DNA of 56,194 nucleotides, taken from assembly GCA_947630495.1 (NCBI GenBank), contig CANRHS010000002.1:1-56194 (forward strand), given 5' to 3'. Made by a program: the position numbers and the translations under genes. A model generated the notes under the pieces. It saw only the letters and a program-made list of their open reading frames with translations, ran no database searches and had not been told where the DNA came from. Origin of the DNA: an uncultured Bacilli bacterium. Lineage in GTDB: Bacteria > Bacillota_I > Bacilli_A > RF39 > UBA660. Of this stretch, positions 9,623 to 18,534 are shown piece by piece. The first letter of the stretch is position 1. The number at the start of each line of letters is the position of its first letter.

Positions 9623-11197
9623 ATGGTTTTTAAATGTAAAATGTGTGGTGGAGACATAAAACCAATTGAAAATACTAATACAGGAAAATGTTTGTATTGT
9701 AAAAGTGTGATGACTTTACCAAACTTAGATGATGAAAAGAAAGTAAATTTATATAATCGAGCTAATGAATTAAGACTTGCAAGTGAATTTGATAAAGCAT
9801 ATCAAGTATATGAAGAAATTTTAGAAATAGATAACAAAGAAGTCGAAGCTCATTGGGGACTATTACTATGTAAATATGGAATCGAATATGTAGATGACCC
9901 TAAAAGTAAGAAGAAAATACCAACCTGTCATAGAACCTTAACGGATTCAATATTAACCGAAAGAGATTATAAGTATGTAGTAAAAAATTCATATGGCGAA
10001 GCTTTAGAGTTATATCAAGAAGAAGCCAAGAAAATAAATGAAATTCAAAAAGGAATCTTAGAAATATCTAATAAGGAAGAGCCATATGATGTCTTCATTT
10101 GTTATAAGGAAACTGATGATATGGGAGAAAGAACCCATGAAAGTGTCATAGCCGAAGATATCTATGAAGCCTTAACCAAAGAAGGATATAAAGTATTCTT
10201 TTCAAGAATAACCTTAGAAGATAAATTAGGAAAAGAATATGAACCCTATATCTATTCAGCCTTAAAAACAAGTAAAGTAATGTTAGTAGTAGGAACTTCA
10301 AAAGAACGCTTTGAAGCCGTCTGGGTAAAAAATGAATGGAGTCGTTTCAAAGAATTTATGAAAAAAGATAAATCAAAAGTAATGATTCCAGTATATAGTA
10401 AGATGGATGCTTATAAATTACCTGAAGAATTTTCTAATTTACAAGCTCAGGATATGAATAAAATTGGAGCCATGCAAGATTTAATTCGAGGAATTAAAAA
10501 GATTTTAGCCAATCCCAAAGAAAATAATAATATAAATGAATATTTAGAAAAAAGATTAGAAGAAGCAAATGATGGGGTTAAAAGTCTTGGTAATGGTAGA
10601 TATGAAGTAACTGAAATTAAAGAAAAATTACCTTCATGGTATTGGGGATTTGGAATAATAGTTACAGCTATAGCATCATTCATTGCATTTGCAATTGCTA
10701 TTGATAATGGTGGTGCAAACTTTTATATAAATGGTAATATGTTTTTTAATTATAATCCAAATATATTAAAAAAAATACAAATTACACTTAGTTTTATCTT
10801 GTTATATATTATTGCAATCGGTATAATAAAAGCTACTTCTAAATTCGGCTATAAAATAAGTAATTATTGTTATGCACTATCTTTAGCGGTTTTACTTGTT
10901 TTTGCATATATAGGTTTACAATATGGTATTTTAGTTAATAATGTTCTTTTGAGTTTTATTGTTATTCCAATTATTATATTAATGATAGTAAATCCTAAAT
11001 GGTATATAGATTCAAGAAAAAAAACAATTGTTGATGAAGATGGTAAAGATAAAATAGTTAAGAAAAATGAATATATTAGAAATAACTTTGTAAGCAAAGA
11101 AAAACAACTTTTGAAAAATAGTATTATTTTAGGAATATTTATAATTGCTCTTATAGTATATTTTATCCTTGCTAAATTTTACTATAAAGTTATATAA
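9623..11197 (+). CDS. Zn-ribbon / TPR-like / TIR-domain protein with 5 predicted TM helices (paralog 1)
   Basis: CxxC-x14-CxxC (KCKMCGG...CLYCKS) and a helical hairpin, then TIR_2-type motifs YDVFICYKETDD, VFFSRITLED, VMLVVGT and AVWVKNEWSRF (candidate catalytic Glu). Hydrophobic helices run from about aa 335 to the C-terminus. Confidence 0.85.
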   Translation: MVFKCKMCGGDIKPIENTNTGKCLYCKSVMTLPNLDDEKKVNLYNRANELRLASEFDKAYQVYEEILEIDNKEVEAHWGLLLCKYGIEYVDDPKSKKKIPTCHRTLTDSILTERDYKYVVKNSYGEALELYQEEAKKINEIQKGILEISNKEEPYDVFICYKETDDMGERTHESVIAEDIYEALTKEGYKVFFSRITLEDKLGKEYEPYIYSALKTSKVMLVVGTSKERFEAVWVKNEWSRFKEFMKKDKSKVMIPVYSKMDAYKLPEEFSNLQAQDMNKIGAMQDLIRGIKKILANPKENNNINEYLEKRLEEANDGVKSLGNGRYEVTEIKEKLPSWYWGFGIIVTAIASFIAFAIAIDNGGANFYINGNMFFNYNPNILKKIQITLSFILLYIIAIGIIKATSKFGYKISNYCYALSLAVLLVFAYIGLQYGILVNNVLLSFIVIPIIILMIVNPKWYIDSRKKTIVDEDGKDKIVKKNEYIRNNFVSKEKQLLKNSIILGIFIIALIVYFILAKFYYKVI

Positions 11198-11215
11198 TAG
11201 AGATGTAGGTGTAAT

Positions 11216-12775
11216 ATGGTTTTTAAATGTAAGATGTGTGGTGGAGACATAAAACCAATTGAAAATACTAATACAGGAAAGTGTTTGTATTGTAAAAGTG
11301 TGATGACTTTACCAAACTTAGATGATGAAAAGAAAGTAAATTTATATAATCGAGCTAATGAATTAAGACTTGCAAGTGAATTTGATAAAGCATATCAAGT
11401 ATATGAAGAAATCTTAGAAATAGATAACAAAGAAGTCGAAGCTCATTGGGGACTATTATTATGTAAATATGGAATTGAATATGTAGATGACCCAAAAAGT
11501 AAAAAGAAAATACCAACCTGTCATAGAACTTTAACAGATTCGATATTCACCGAAAGAGATTATAAGTATATAGTAAAAAATTCATATGGAGAGGCTTTAG
11601 AGTTATATCAAGAAGAAGCCAAGAAAATAAATGAAATTCAAAAAGGAATCTTAGAAATATCTAATAAGGAAGAGCCATATGATGTCTTCATTTGTTATAA
11701 GGAAACTGATGATATGGGAGAAAGAACCCATGAAAGTGTCATAGCCGAAGATATCTATGAAGCCTTAACCAAAGAAGGATATAAAGTATTCTTTTCAAGA
11801 ATAACCTTAGAAGATAAATTAGGAAAAGAATATGAACCCTATATCTATTCAGCCTTAAAAACAAGCAAAGTAATGTTAGTAGTAGGAACTTCCAAGGAAC
11901 ACTTTGAAGCCGTTTGGGTAAAAAATGAGTGGAGTCGTTTCAAAGAATTTATGAAAAAAGATAAATCAAAAGTAATGATTCCAGTATATAGCAAGATGGA
12001 TGCTTATAAATTACCTGAAGAATTTTCTAATTTACAAGCCCAGGATATGAATAAAATTGGAGCCATGCAAGATTTAATTCGAGGAGTTAAAAAGATTTTA
12101 TCCAATCCTAAAGAAAGTAATAATATAGATGAATATTTAGAAAAAAGATTAGAAGAAGCAAGTGATGGTGTTAAAAGTCTTGGTAATGGTAGATATGAAG
12201 TAACAGAAATTAAGGAAAAGTTACCTGTATGGTATTGGATGTTTATAATAGCAATTACATTTATCTTGTTTATGGCATTCTTAATATTCTATTCAAATGA
12301 AGAAAGTTTTTTTCAAGATTATGAAAAAATTTATAATCCTAATATATCTAGGCTTTTATTGGCAATACTTGGCTCCTTATCAGTTTACGTTGCTGGAGTA
12401 GGAATAATTAAAGTTTCTTCTAAGGTTGGATATAAAATGAGTAATTATTGTTATTCAATAGTTTTGATAGTATTACTTGTGGAAGCATATATAGGTTTAA
12501 GTTTTAATACTTTAGTTAATTTTATGTGGTATTTTATTGTTATTCTAATTATTATGTTAATGGTAGTAAATCCTAAATGGTATATTGATTCAAGAAAAAA
12601 AACAATTGTTGATGAAGAAGATAAAGATAAAATAGTTAAGAAAAATGAATATATTAGAAATAACTTTGTAAGCAAGGAAAAACAATTTTTGAAAAATAGT
12701 ATTATTTTAGGAATATTTATAATTGCTCTTATAGTATATTTTATACTTGCTAAATTTTACTATAAAGTTATATAA
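11216..12775 (+). CDS. Zn-ribbon / TPR-like / TIR-domain protein with 5 predicted TM helices (paralog 2)
   Basis: The first ~335 aa and last ~65 aa are almost identical to paralog 1. The central TM segment is diverged. It starts 18 nt after paralog 1 behind a taggtg RBS. Confidence 0.85.
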   Translation: MVFKCKMCGGDIKPIENTNTGKCLYCKSVMTLPNLDDEKKVNLYNRANELRLASEFDKAYQVYEEILEIDNKEVEAHWGLLLCKYGIEYVDDPKSKKKIPTCHRTLTDSIFTERDYKYIVKNSYGEALELYQEEAKKINEIQKGILEISNKEEPYDVFICYKETDDMGERTHESVIAEDIYEALTKEGYKVFFSRITLEDKLGKEYEPYIYSALKTSKVMLVVGTSKEHFEAVWVKNEWSRFKEFMKKDKSKVMIPVYSKMDAYKLPEEFSNLQAQDMNKIGAMQDLIRGVKKILSNPKESNNIDEYLEKRLEEASDGVKSLGNGRYEVTEIKEKLPVWYWMFIIAITFILFMAFLIFYSNEESFFQDYEKIYNPNISRLLLAILGSLSVYVAGVGIIKVSSKVGYKMSNYCYSIVLIVLLVEAYIGLSFNTLVNFMWYFIVILIIMLMVVNPKWYIDSRKKTIVDEEDKDKIVKKNEYIRNNFVSKEKQFLKNSIILGIFIIALIVYFILAKFYYKVI

Positions 12776-12793
12776 TAGAGATGTAGGTGTAAT

Positions 12794-14917
12794 ATGATTT
12801 TTAAATGTAAGATGTGCGGTGGAGACATAGAACCAATTGAAAATACCAATACAGGAAAGTGTTTGTATTGTAAAAGTGTGATGACTTTACCAAACTTAGA
12901 TGATGAAAAGAAAGTAAATTTATATAATCGAGCAAATGAATTAAGACTTGCAAGTGAATTTGATAAAGCATATCAAGTATATGAAGAAATTTTAGAAATA
13001 GATAATAAAGAAGTTGAAGCTCATTGGGGACTATTATTATGTAAATATGGAATCGAATATGTAGATGATCCCAAAAGTAAAAAGAAAATACCAACTTGTC
13101 ATAGAACCTTAACAGATTCAATATTAACCGAAAGAGATTATAAGTATGTAGTAAAAAATTCATATGGAGAGGCTTTAGAGTTATATCAAGAAGAAGCCAA
13201 GAAAATAAATGAAATTCAAAAAGGAATCTTAGAAATATCTAATAAGGAAGAACCATATGATGTCTTTATTTGTTATAAAGAAACTGATGATATGGGAGAA
13301 AGAACTCATGAAAGTGTCATAGCTGAAGATATCTATGAAGCCTTAACAAAAGAAGGATATAAAGTATTCTTTTCAAGAATAACCTTAGAAGATAAATTAG
13401 GAAAAGAATATGAACCTTATATCTATTCAGCCTTAAAAACAAGTAAAGTAATGTTAGTGGTAGGAACTTCAAAGGAACACTTTGAAGCCGTTTGGGTAAA
13501 AAATGAATGGAGTCGTTTCAAAGAATTTATGAAAAAAGATAAATCAAAAGTAATGATTCCAGTATATAGTAAGATAGATGCTTATAAATTACCTGAAGAA
13601 TTTTCTAATTTCCAAGCCCAAAATATGGATAAAATTGGAGCTATGCAAGATTTAATTCGAGGAGTTAAAAAAATTTTAACAGCCCCTAAAACAAATAATG
13701 ATATAGATGAATATCTAGAAAAAAGATTAGAAGAAGCAAGTGATGGAGTTAAAAGTCTTGGCAATGGTAATTATGAAGTTGTTCAAGTAAAACAAAAATT
13801 ACCAGTTTGGTATTATGTATTTGTAATTTCAATGTTTTTTATTACCTCATCATTGATGCTTACTTGTGTAAGCACGACAAACTTTAATATTCTTTCTACC
13901 TTTGGATATGATTCAGTATTACCATTCTTTAAAGCAACTTTTTATATAATGTTTATAGTTGGAGGACTAGGAATAGCAGCTTTAATAGCAAAACTTACCT
14001 ATCGAAAAACTTATAAATTAGCTAAATCAATTTATTTAATTATGTTATTAATCATCTATATTTTAGCTTTAATACTTTTAAATAAATATATAATAGTTTT
14101 TATATATTGGTATTTATTAGGAATTTCTCTTCTAGTCTTATATTTTGTAAATCCTAAATGGCATCTAGATACAAGTTCTAAAGTTATTGTTGATAGAGAA
14201 GGAAGAGATGCTTTAGAAGAAAAAAATAAGTTTATTAGAGAAAATTTTAAAATAAAAACAACTTATCCAATTAAAACAAAATATATAATTATAGCTATGG
14301 CTATTTGCTTTCTAATATATGTTGGTTGCTTCTATAAAAATTTCTTAAGAAATAATTCTAATTCTTATAATGAAAGTATTTCTCAAATAAAAATAAAGAG
14401 AAATTATATAAATATGCGAAGTGAACCTAAAATTTATAGTTCTTATTATAAATTAAATTATATTGGATTTGTAAAAAAGGGTGAAGTTTATAACATAATA
14501 GATAAAGTTTATAGTGAACCTCCATCTACTTATGAATTTAATATAGATAATAATTGTAGTTATTGGTATTTAATTGAAACTAAAAATAAAATTAAAGGAT
14601 ATATATGTGGAGCAGTATCCGATAATATATTTGCTGAAGAAATAAATAAACCATTTATTTCTTCACAATCTAATGAAAGAAATGAAAACTTATCTCAACT
14701 TGAAATAGTTAATAATTTTATAAGAATAAGAGAAACTCGAAGTGCTAATAGTCAAAAATTAGGAAATGTCTATAGAGGTGAAATTTATACCATTTATGAA
14801 CAGAAAAAAATTGATAAAGTTAATTGGTATAAAATAAAAACTAATGAAGGAATAACGGGATATATATCAGGTGGAAAAGAAAATGAATATATAAAGATAT
14901 TAGAGAGGAAGGGATAA
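12794..14917 (+). CDS. Zn-ribbon / TPR-like / TIR-domain membrane protein with two C-terminal SH3b-like domains (paralog 3)
   Basis: Same N-terminal module and its own version of the 5-TM region. A C-terminal extension of about 190 aa has two SH3b-like units (INMRSEP...GEVYNII...WYLIETKNKIKGYICG and IRIRETRS...GEIYTIY...WYKIKTNEGITGYISG). Confidence 0.85.
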   Translation: MIFKCKMCGGDIEPIENTNTGKCLYCKSVMTLPNLDDEKKVNLYNRANELRLASEFDKAYQVYEEILEIDNKEVEAHWGLLLCKYGIEYVDDPKSKKKIPTCHRTLTDSILTERDYKYVVKNSYGEALELYQEEAKKINEIQKGILEISNKEEPYDVFICYKETDDMGERTHESVIAEDIYEALTKEGYKVFFSRITLEDKLGKEYEPYIYSALKTSKVMLVVGTSKEHFEAVWVKNEWSRFKEFMKKDKSKVMIPVYSKIDAYKLPEEFSNFQAQNMDKIGAMQDLIRGVKKILTAPKTNNDIDEYLEKRLEEASDGVKSLGNGNYEVVQVKQKLPVWYYVFVISMFFITSSLMLTCVSTTNFNILSTFGYDSVLPFFKATFYIMFIVGGLGIAALIAKLTYRKTYKLAKSIYLIMLLIIYILALILLNKYIIVFIYWYLLGISLLVLYFVNPKWHLDTSSKVIVDREGRDALEEKNKFIRENFKIKTTYPIKTKYIIIAMAICFLIYVGCFYKNFLRNNSNSYNESISQIKIKRNYINMRSEPKIYSSYYKLNYIGFVKKGEVYNIIDKVYSEPPSTYEFNIDNNCSYWYLIETKNKIKGYICGAVSDNIFAEEINKPFISSQSNERNENLSQLEIVNNFIRIRETRSANSQKLGNVYRGEIYTIYEQKKIDKVNWYKIKTNEGITGYISGGKENEYIKILERKG

Positions 14918-14919
14918 AA

Positions 14920-16065
14920 ATGGCTTTATATGAAGTAATTAGAAAAGAGAAGGATGATGATAATATAATTTGGAGATATCCAAAAAATAAGTTTAATACA
15001 TCATCTCAATTAATTGTTCATGAAGGACAAGAAGCAATATTTTATAGTAATGGAAAGGCTTTGGATTTATTTGGCCCAGGAAAGTACACTTTAGAGACTA
15101 ATAATATACCACTTCTAAAGAAACTAATTGGACTTCCAACTGGAATAAAAAGTGCTTTTCAATCAGAGGTTTATTTTATTGATAAATCTGAAAAAACTTC
15201 AAAATGGGGAACTAGTAGTAAGATAGAGTTTTTAGAACCAGTTTACAATTTTCCAATTGCAATTGGTGCTTGTGGTGAAATGCGATTTATTATATCTGAT
15301 TCAAGAAAATTTTTATTAAAATTAGTTGGAGTTAAAAAGAATTTTGATGAAGAAAGTATTGATGATTTTTTTCAATCCCAAATCTTATTAAAAGTTAAAA
15401 ATTATATTTCTGAGATTATAACCGAAGATAAAATATGTATTTTTGAAATTGATCGAAATTTAGAAAAGTTTAGTTTAGAATTACAAAAAAGATTAGAAAA
15501 TGATTTTGATGAATTTGGAATAAAATTAAATAAATTCTTTGTTACAAATATAGCTAAACCAGAAGATGATAAAAGATATTTAGAATTTAAAGAATTATAT
15601 TTTAAAAAATCAGTAGCTGTTGCTGAGGCGGAGTTAAAGCAAAAACTTGATTTAATTGAAGAAGATACAAAAGCCAAAAAAACAATTATAGCATCAGAAG
15701 CTGAAGCTATTAAACGAGCAAAAGAAGGATATACTTATCAAGAAGAGCAATCATTCAAGATTGGAGAGAAAGTTGCTAGCAATCAAGCAGTTGGCCAATA
15801 TACTAATGTTGGAGTAGGTCTTGGAATGATGAGTGGTATTGGTACACCTTTAAGTGGAGAAGTAAGTAAACAAGTGACAACTGCCTTTACTAAAGTTGAC
15901 AACAATATAATCTGTCAAAATTGTAAAATGCCAAATGAATCTAATACTAATTTTTGCAAGTATTGTGGCTTTAAATTAAGTAAAGATAGAAGTTGCCCTA
16001 AATGCTTAGCAAAAGTATCTGAAGATGCTAAATTTTGTTCAAAATGTGGAGAAAGGTTAGATTAA
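14920..16065 (+). CDS. SPFH (band-7, YdjI/COG4260-like) protein with C-terminal double zinc ribbon
   Basis: Collinear resemblance to B. subtilis YdjI-type SPFH proteins. C-terminal CQNC...CKYCG and CPKC...CSKCG. Starts 2 nt after the TIR-3 stop. Confidence 0.75.
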   Translation: MALYEVIRKEKDDDNIIWRYPKNKFNTSSQLIVHEGQEAIFYSNGKALDLFGPGKYTLETNNIPLLKKLIGLPTGIKSAFQSEVYFIDKSEKTSKWGTSSKIEFLEPVYNFPIAIGACGEMRFIISDSRKFLLKLVGVKKNFDEESIDDFFQSQILLKVKNYISEIITEDKICIFEIDRNLEKFSLELQKRLENDFDEFGIKLNKFFVTNIAKPEDDKRYLEFKELYFKKSVAVAEAELKQKLDLIEEDTKAKKTIIASEAEAIKRAKEGYTYQEEQSFKIGEKVASNQAVGQYTNVGVGLGMMSGIGTPLSGEVSKQVTTAFTKVDNNIICQNCKMPNESNTNFCKYCGFKLSKDRSCPKCLAKVSEDAKFCSKCGERLD

Positions 16066-16066
16066 T

Positions 16067-17290
16067 ATGAAAAATAAAAAATTATTTACGATTATTGGAA
16101 TATTTCTATTTATAATTACAATACTTATTTTATTTATTACAACTTATAAATCTAGTAATTTAGAAATAATTACGACAAAAGATTCAGTAGCTTATAAATA
16201 TGCTAAAGAAAAAAAATTAAAAGTAAAAACTATATCAGAAAGTGAATTAATAAATTATAAGAAAAACATAGAAACCTATGCTTATAATAAAAATAATTCT
16301 GGTATTGAAATTACAAGTTATAATGGTATAAGTAAAGAATTAATTATTCCAAATGAAATAGATGGTTATAAAGTATTAAGTATTCATGAAGGAGTATTTA
16401 AAGATAAAGATATAACTAAAATAACTTTACCTAAAAGTATAATAAGCATAAGTGATGAAGATTATAAAGATATAAAATTAGTTTGTTATAAAACAGAATT
16501 ATGTGATCATTTAAAAAGTTTAAAAGATTATGATGTTACAGTTTTAAATGATTCTGATAATTATAATTTTAATTTAGATAAGTTAGAATTTGAATATAAT
16601 AAAGATACTACTTATGAATTAACTAAGTATAATGGAACCTCTAAAGATATAATAGTACCTGATTATATAAATGGTTATCAAGTTGATAAGTTAACTTTTG
16701 AGGTTGATAAAAATATAAAAAGTATTTATATACCTAAAACAGTAACGCAAATTAATTTAAATATTTTAGAAAGTCCTTTTAATACTTTATTTTGGATTAT
16801 TCTAATCTTTGATGCTTTAGCTATTATAGTATTTATAGTTATTAATTCAATAGTATCTAGTAAAAACTTAACTGAAAGTTTTAATGCCTCTCCACTTAGA
16901 TTAATTTCAATTATTTATATAATTTTTGAATTAATATATTCAATTATTGCCAAATTTGGTAATTATGATATAAAAGGTTTTATTTTAGTATCAAGTATTG
17001 TTTTAATAGTTTATATTTTATTTACAATTCTATTATTAGCATCTAAAAAGAAAATTGAAGAATATGATAAAAAAATTAGTAATATAGATTTATTTATTAA
17101 AGATACTTTAAATCTAATAGAAGATATTGATGTTACTGATTATGATAAAGAATTAGTTTCAGAAATTGAAAAGATTAATGTTTTAGTAAAATATTCTGAT
17201 CCTGTATCAATTGATGAAGTTAAAGAAATTGAAAAAGAGATTACAAAATTAATTGAAAAGAGAAATAGAATAATTAAAGATAATAAGTAG
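16067..17290 (+). CDS. polytopic membrane protein with extracellular BspA-type LRR-like repeats and a cytoplasmic coiled-coil tail
   Basis: N-terminal TM. Two copies of the motif T(S/K)YNG(I/T)SK(E/D)(L/I)I(I/V)P(N/D)..(I/Y)(D/N)GY(K/Q)V, typical of LRR_5 surface proteins. Three more TM helices, then a K/E-rich tail. Starts 1 nt after the SPFH stop. Confidence 0.6.
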   Translation: MKNKKLFTIIGIFLFIITILILFITTYKSSNLEIITTKDSVAYKYAKEKKLKVKTISESELINYKKNIETYAYNKNNSGIEITSYNGISKELIIPNEIDGYKVLSIHEGVFKDKDITKITLPKSIISISDEDYKDIKLVCYKTELCDHLKSLKDYDVTVLNDSDNYNFNLDKLEFEYNKDTTYELTKYNGTSKDIIVPDYINGYQVDKLTFEVDKNIKSIYIPKTVTQINLNILESPFNTLFWIILIFDALAIIVFIVINSIVSSKNLTESFNASPLRLISIIYIIFELIYSIIAKFGNYDIKGFILVSSIVLIVYILFTILLLASKKKIEEYDKKISNIDLFIKDTLNLIEDIDVTDYDKELVSEIEKINVLVKYSDPVSIDEVKEIEKEITKLIEKRNRIIKDNK

Positions 17291-17311
17291 AAAAACTTGA
17301 CAAATAAAAAT

Positions 17312-17360
17312 AAAAATGTATAATAATGTAAAAAAAATACATTTTTATTTTTTTTATTGT
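17312..17360 (+). terminator. A/T-rich hairpin plus long T-run ending the TIR operon
   Basis: aaaaatgta (17312-17320) pairs with tacattttt (17338-17346), followed by attttttttt. An all-A/T stem, so only moderate confidence. Confidence 0.5.
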
Positions 17361-17406
17361 AAAAAAAATGAAATTATGATGTATAATAGAAATGGGAGAT
17401 GATAAA

Positions 17407-18534
17407 ATGTTAACAAGTATTATGTTAAAAGACTATACTACTTTTATAAATGAAACTATTTTTGAATTTAAAGCAACAAATTATAAAATTCTTGAAGACT
17501 CAAACGTTGGTGCCAATAGAATTTTAAAAGGTGCTTTATTTATTGGTGAAAACGCATCAGGAAAAACTCAAGTATTAAAAGCTATTGTTTTTCTTTTAAA
17601 TTTATTTTTTGATAATTCAGAACAAAATTTTAGTATTTATAAATCTTTATATACTAAAGGGAATAAATTTAGTTTAACTTATACGTTTGATGTATCAGGT
17701 AATGAAATAAAATATGAAATTACAATAGATACTAATTCTATAAGTGCTGAAAAATTATATGTAAATGGGGAATTAAAATTAGACAGATTAAATAAATCAG
17801 GCCAAACAAACTTTAAAGAAGAAAGAGATATAAAAGATATTGATGAAACTTTATCTTTAGTAAAATTGGAATATTATAACACAAGGTTTGATAATGATTC
17901 TATTTTAAATGAATGGTTTGATTTTCTAAAAAATTCTATATATTTGAATTGCTTAATTGGTATATCTGCTAGTTTTAATCCTATAAAAGCCGATGAGCAA
18001 AATATTTATAAATATTTAAGAAAGAACGATACTAAAGAATTAAATAAATTTATTAAAAATTTAGGTTATAATAGTGAAATAGTATATGATTCTGAAAAGA
18101 GTGATGTAAATGCAATTGGCTTAAAAAAAACTGGAACTGATGTAGTTATCCCTTATACATTAGAATCAAACGGCAACAAAGCATTTATAAATACAGTTTT
18201 ACCAATTATCTATGCAACTAAAAATAATTGTATGTTAATTGTTGATGAATTTAGTAGTGGTCTTCATAATGAACTTGAAGAAGCCTTAATAAAATATTTC
18301 TTTAATAATAGTAAAAATTCTCAAATATTTTTTACTTCCCATTCAACTAATTTACTTGATACTTGTATCTTAAGACCTGACCAAATATATACTTTTAAAT
18401 TTGATAATAAAAAGGGAACGATAATTAAAAGAGTTTCTAATGAGAATCCTAGAGAATCTCAAAATATAGAAAAAATGTATTTAAATGGAGTTTTTGATGG
18501 AATGCCAGAATACAATAAAGAATTTAAGGATTAA
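17407..18534 (+). CDS. ABC-type (AAA_21-like) ATPase, AriA/RloA-like
   Basis: Walker A GENASGKTQ, Walker B MLIVDEFSSGLH, H-loop-like FFTSHS. ATG 17407 follows a GGGAG RBS (the ORF track begins at 17392). Confidence 0.8.
   Translation: MLTSIMLKDYTTFINETIFEFKATNYKILEDSNVGANRILKGALFIGENASGKTQVLKAIVFLLNLFFDNSEQNFSIYKSLYTKGNKFSLTYTFDVSGNEIKYEITIDTNSISAEKLYVNGELKLDRLNKSGQTNFKEERDIKDIDETLSLVKLEYYNTRFDNDSILNEWFDFLKNSIYLNCLIGISASFNPIKADEQNIYKYLRKNDTKELNKFIKNLGYNSEIVYDSEKSDVNAIGLKKTGTDVVIPYTLESNGNKAFINTVLPIIYATKNNCMLIVDEFSSGLHNELEEALIKYFFNNSKNSQIFFTSHSTNLLDTCILRPDQIYTFKFDNKKGTIIKRVSNENPRESQNIEKMYLNGVFDGMPEYNKEFKD

Larger units (their letters stand above)
9623..14917 (+). repeat. tandem triplication (units of about 1.58-1.59 kb, last unit extended)
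   Basis: Start codons lie at 9623, 11216 and 12794. The first ~1 kb of each unit is near-identical at DNA level. The junction aatagagatgtaggtgtaatatg is repeated at 11196-11218 and 12774-12796. Confidence 0.9.

Noticed and set aside
10447-13764. Minus-strand ORFs inside the TIR genes (10447-10683, 10870-11097, 12451-12675, 12801-13163, 13582-13764)
   Set aside because: They are antisense to long, motif-rich plus-strand genes, have no RBS, and have low-complexity hydrophobic translations. They recur only because the underlying DNA is repeated.
9623-14917. Could the tandem repeats be a CRISPR array or a mobile element?
   Set aside because: The repeat units are ~1.6-kb protein-coding paralogs, not 25-40-nt repeats with spacers. 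No cas genes, transposase, integrase or terminal inverted repeats were seen anywhere in the window.
17297-17324. TTGACA-16-TATAAT box immediately after the LRR gene stop, as the ATPase promoter
   Set aside because: It overlaps the putative terminator stem of the TIR operon, and transcripts from it would run straight into the T-run. A second promoter-like sequence with an extended -10 (about 17357-17387) fits ATG 17407 better. It cannot be resolved without TSS data, so it is not reported as a feature.
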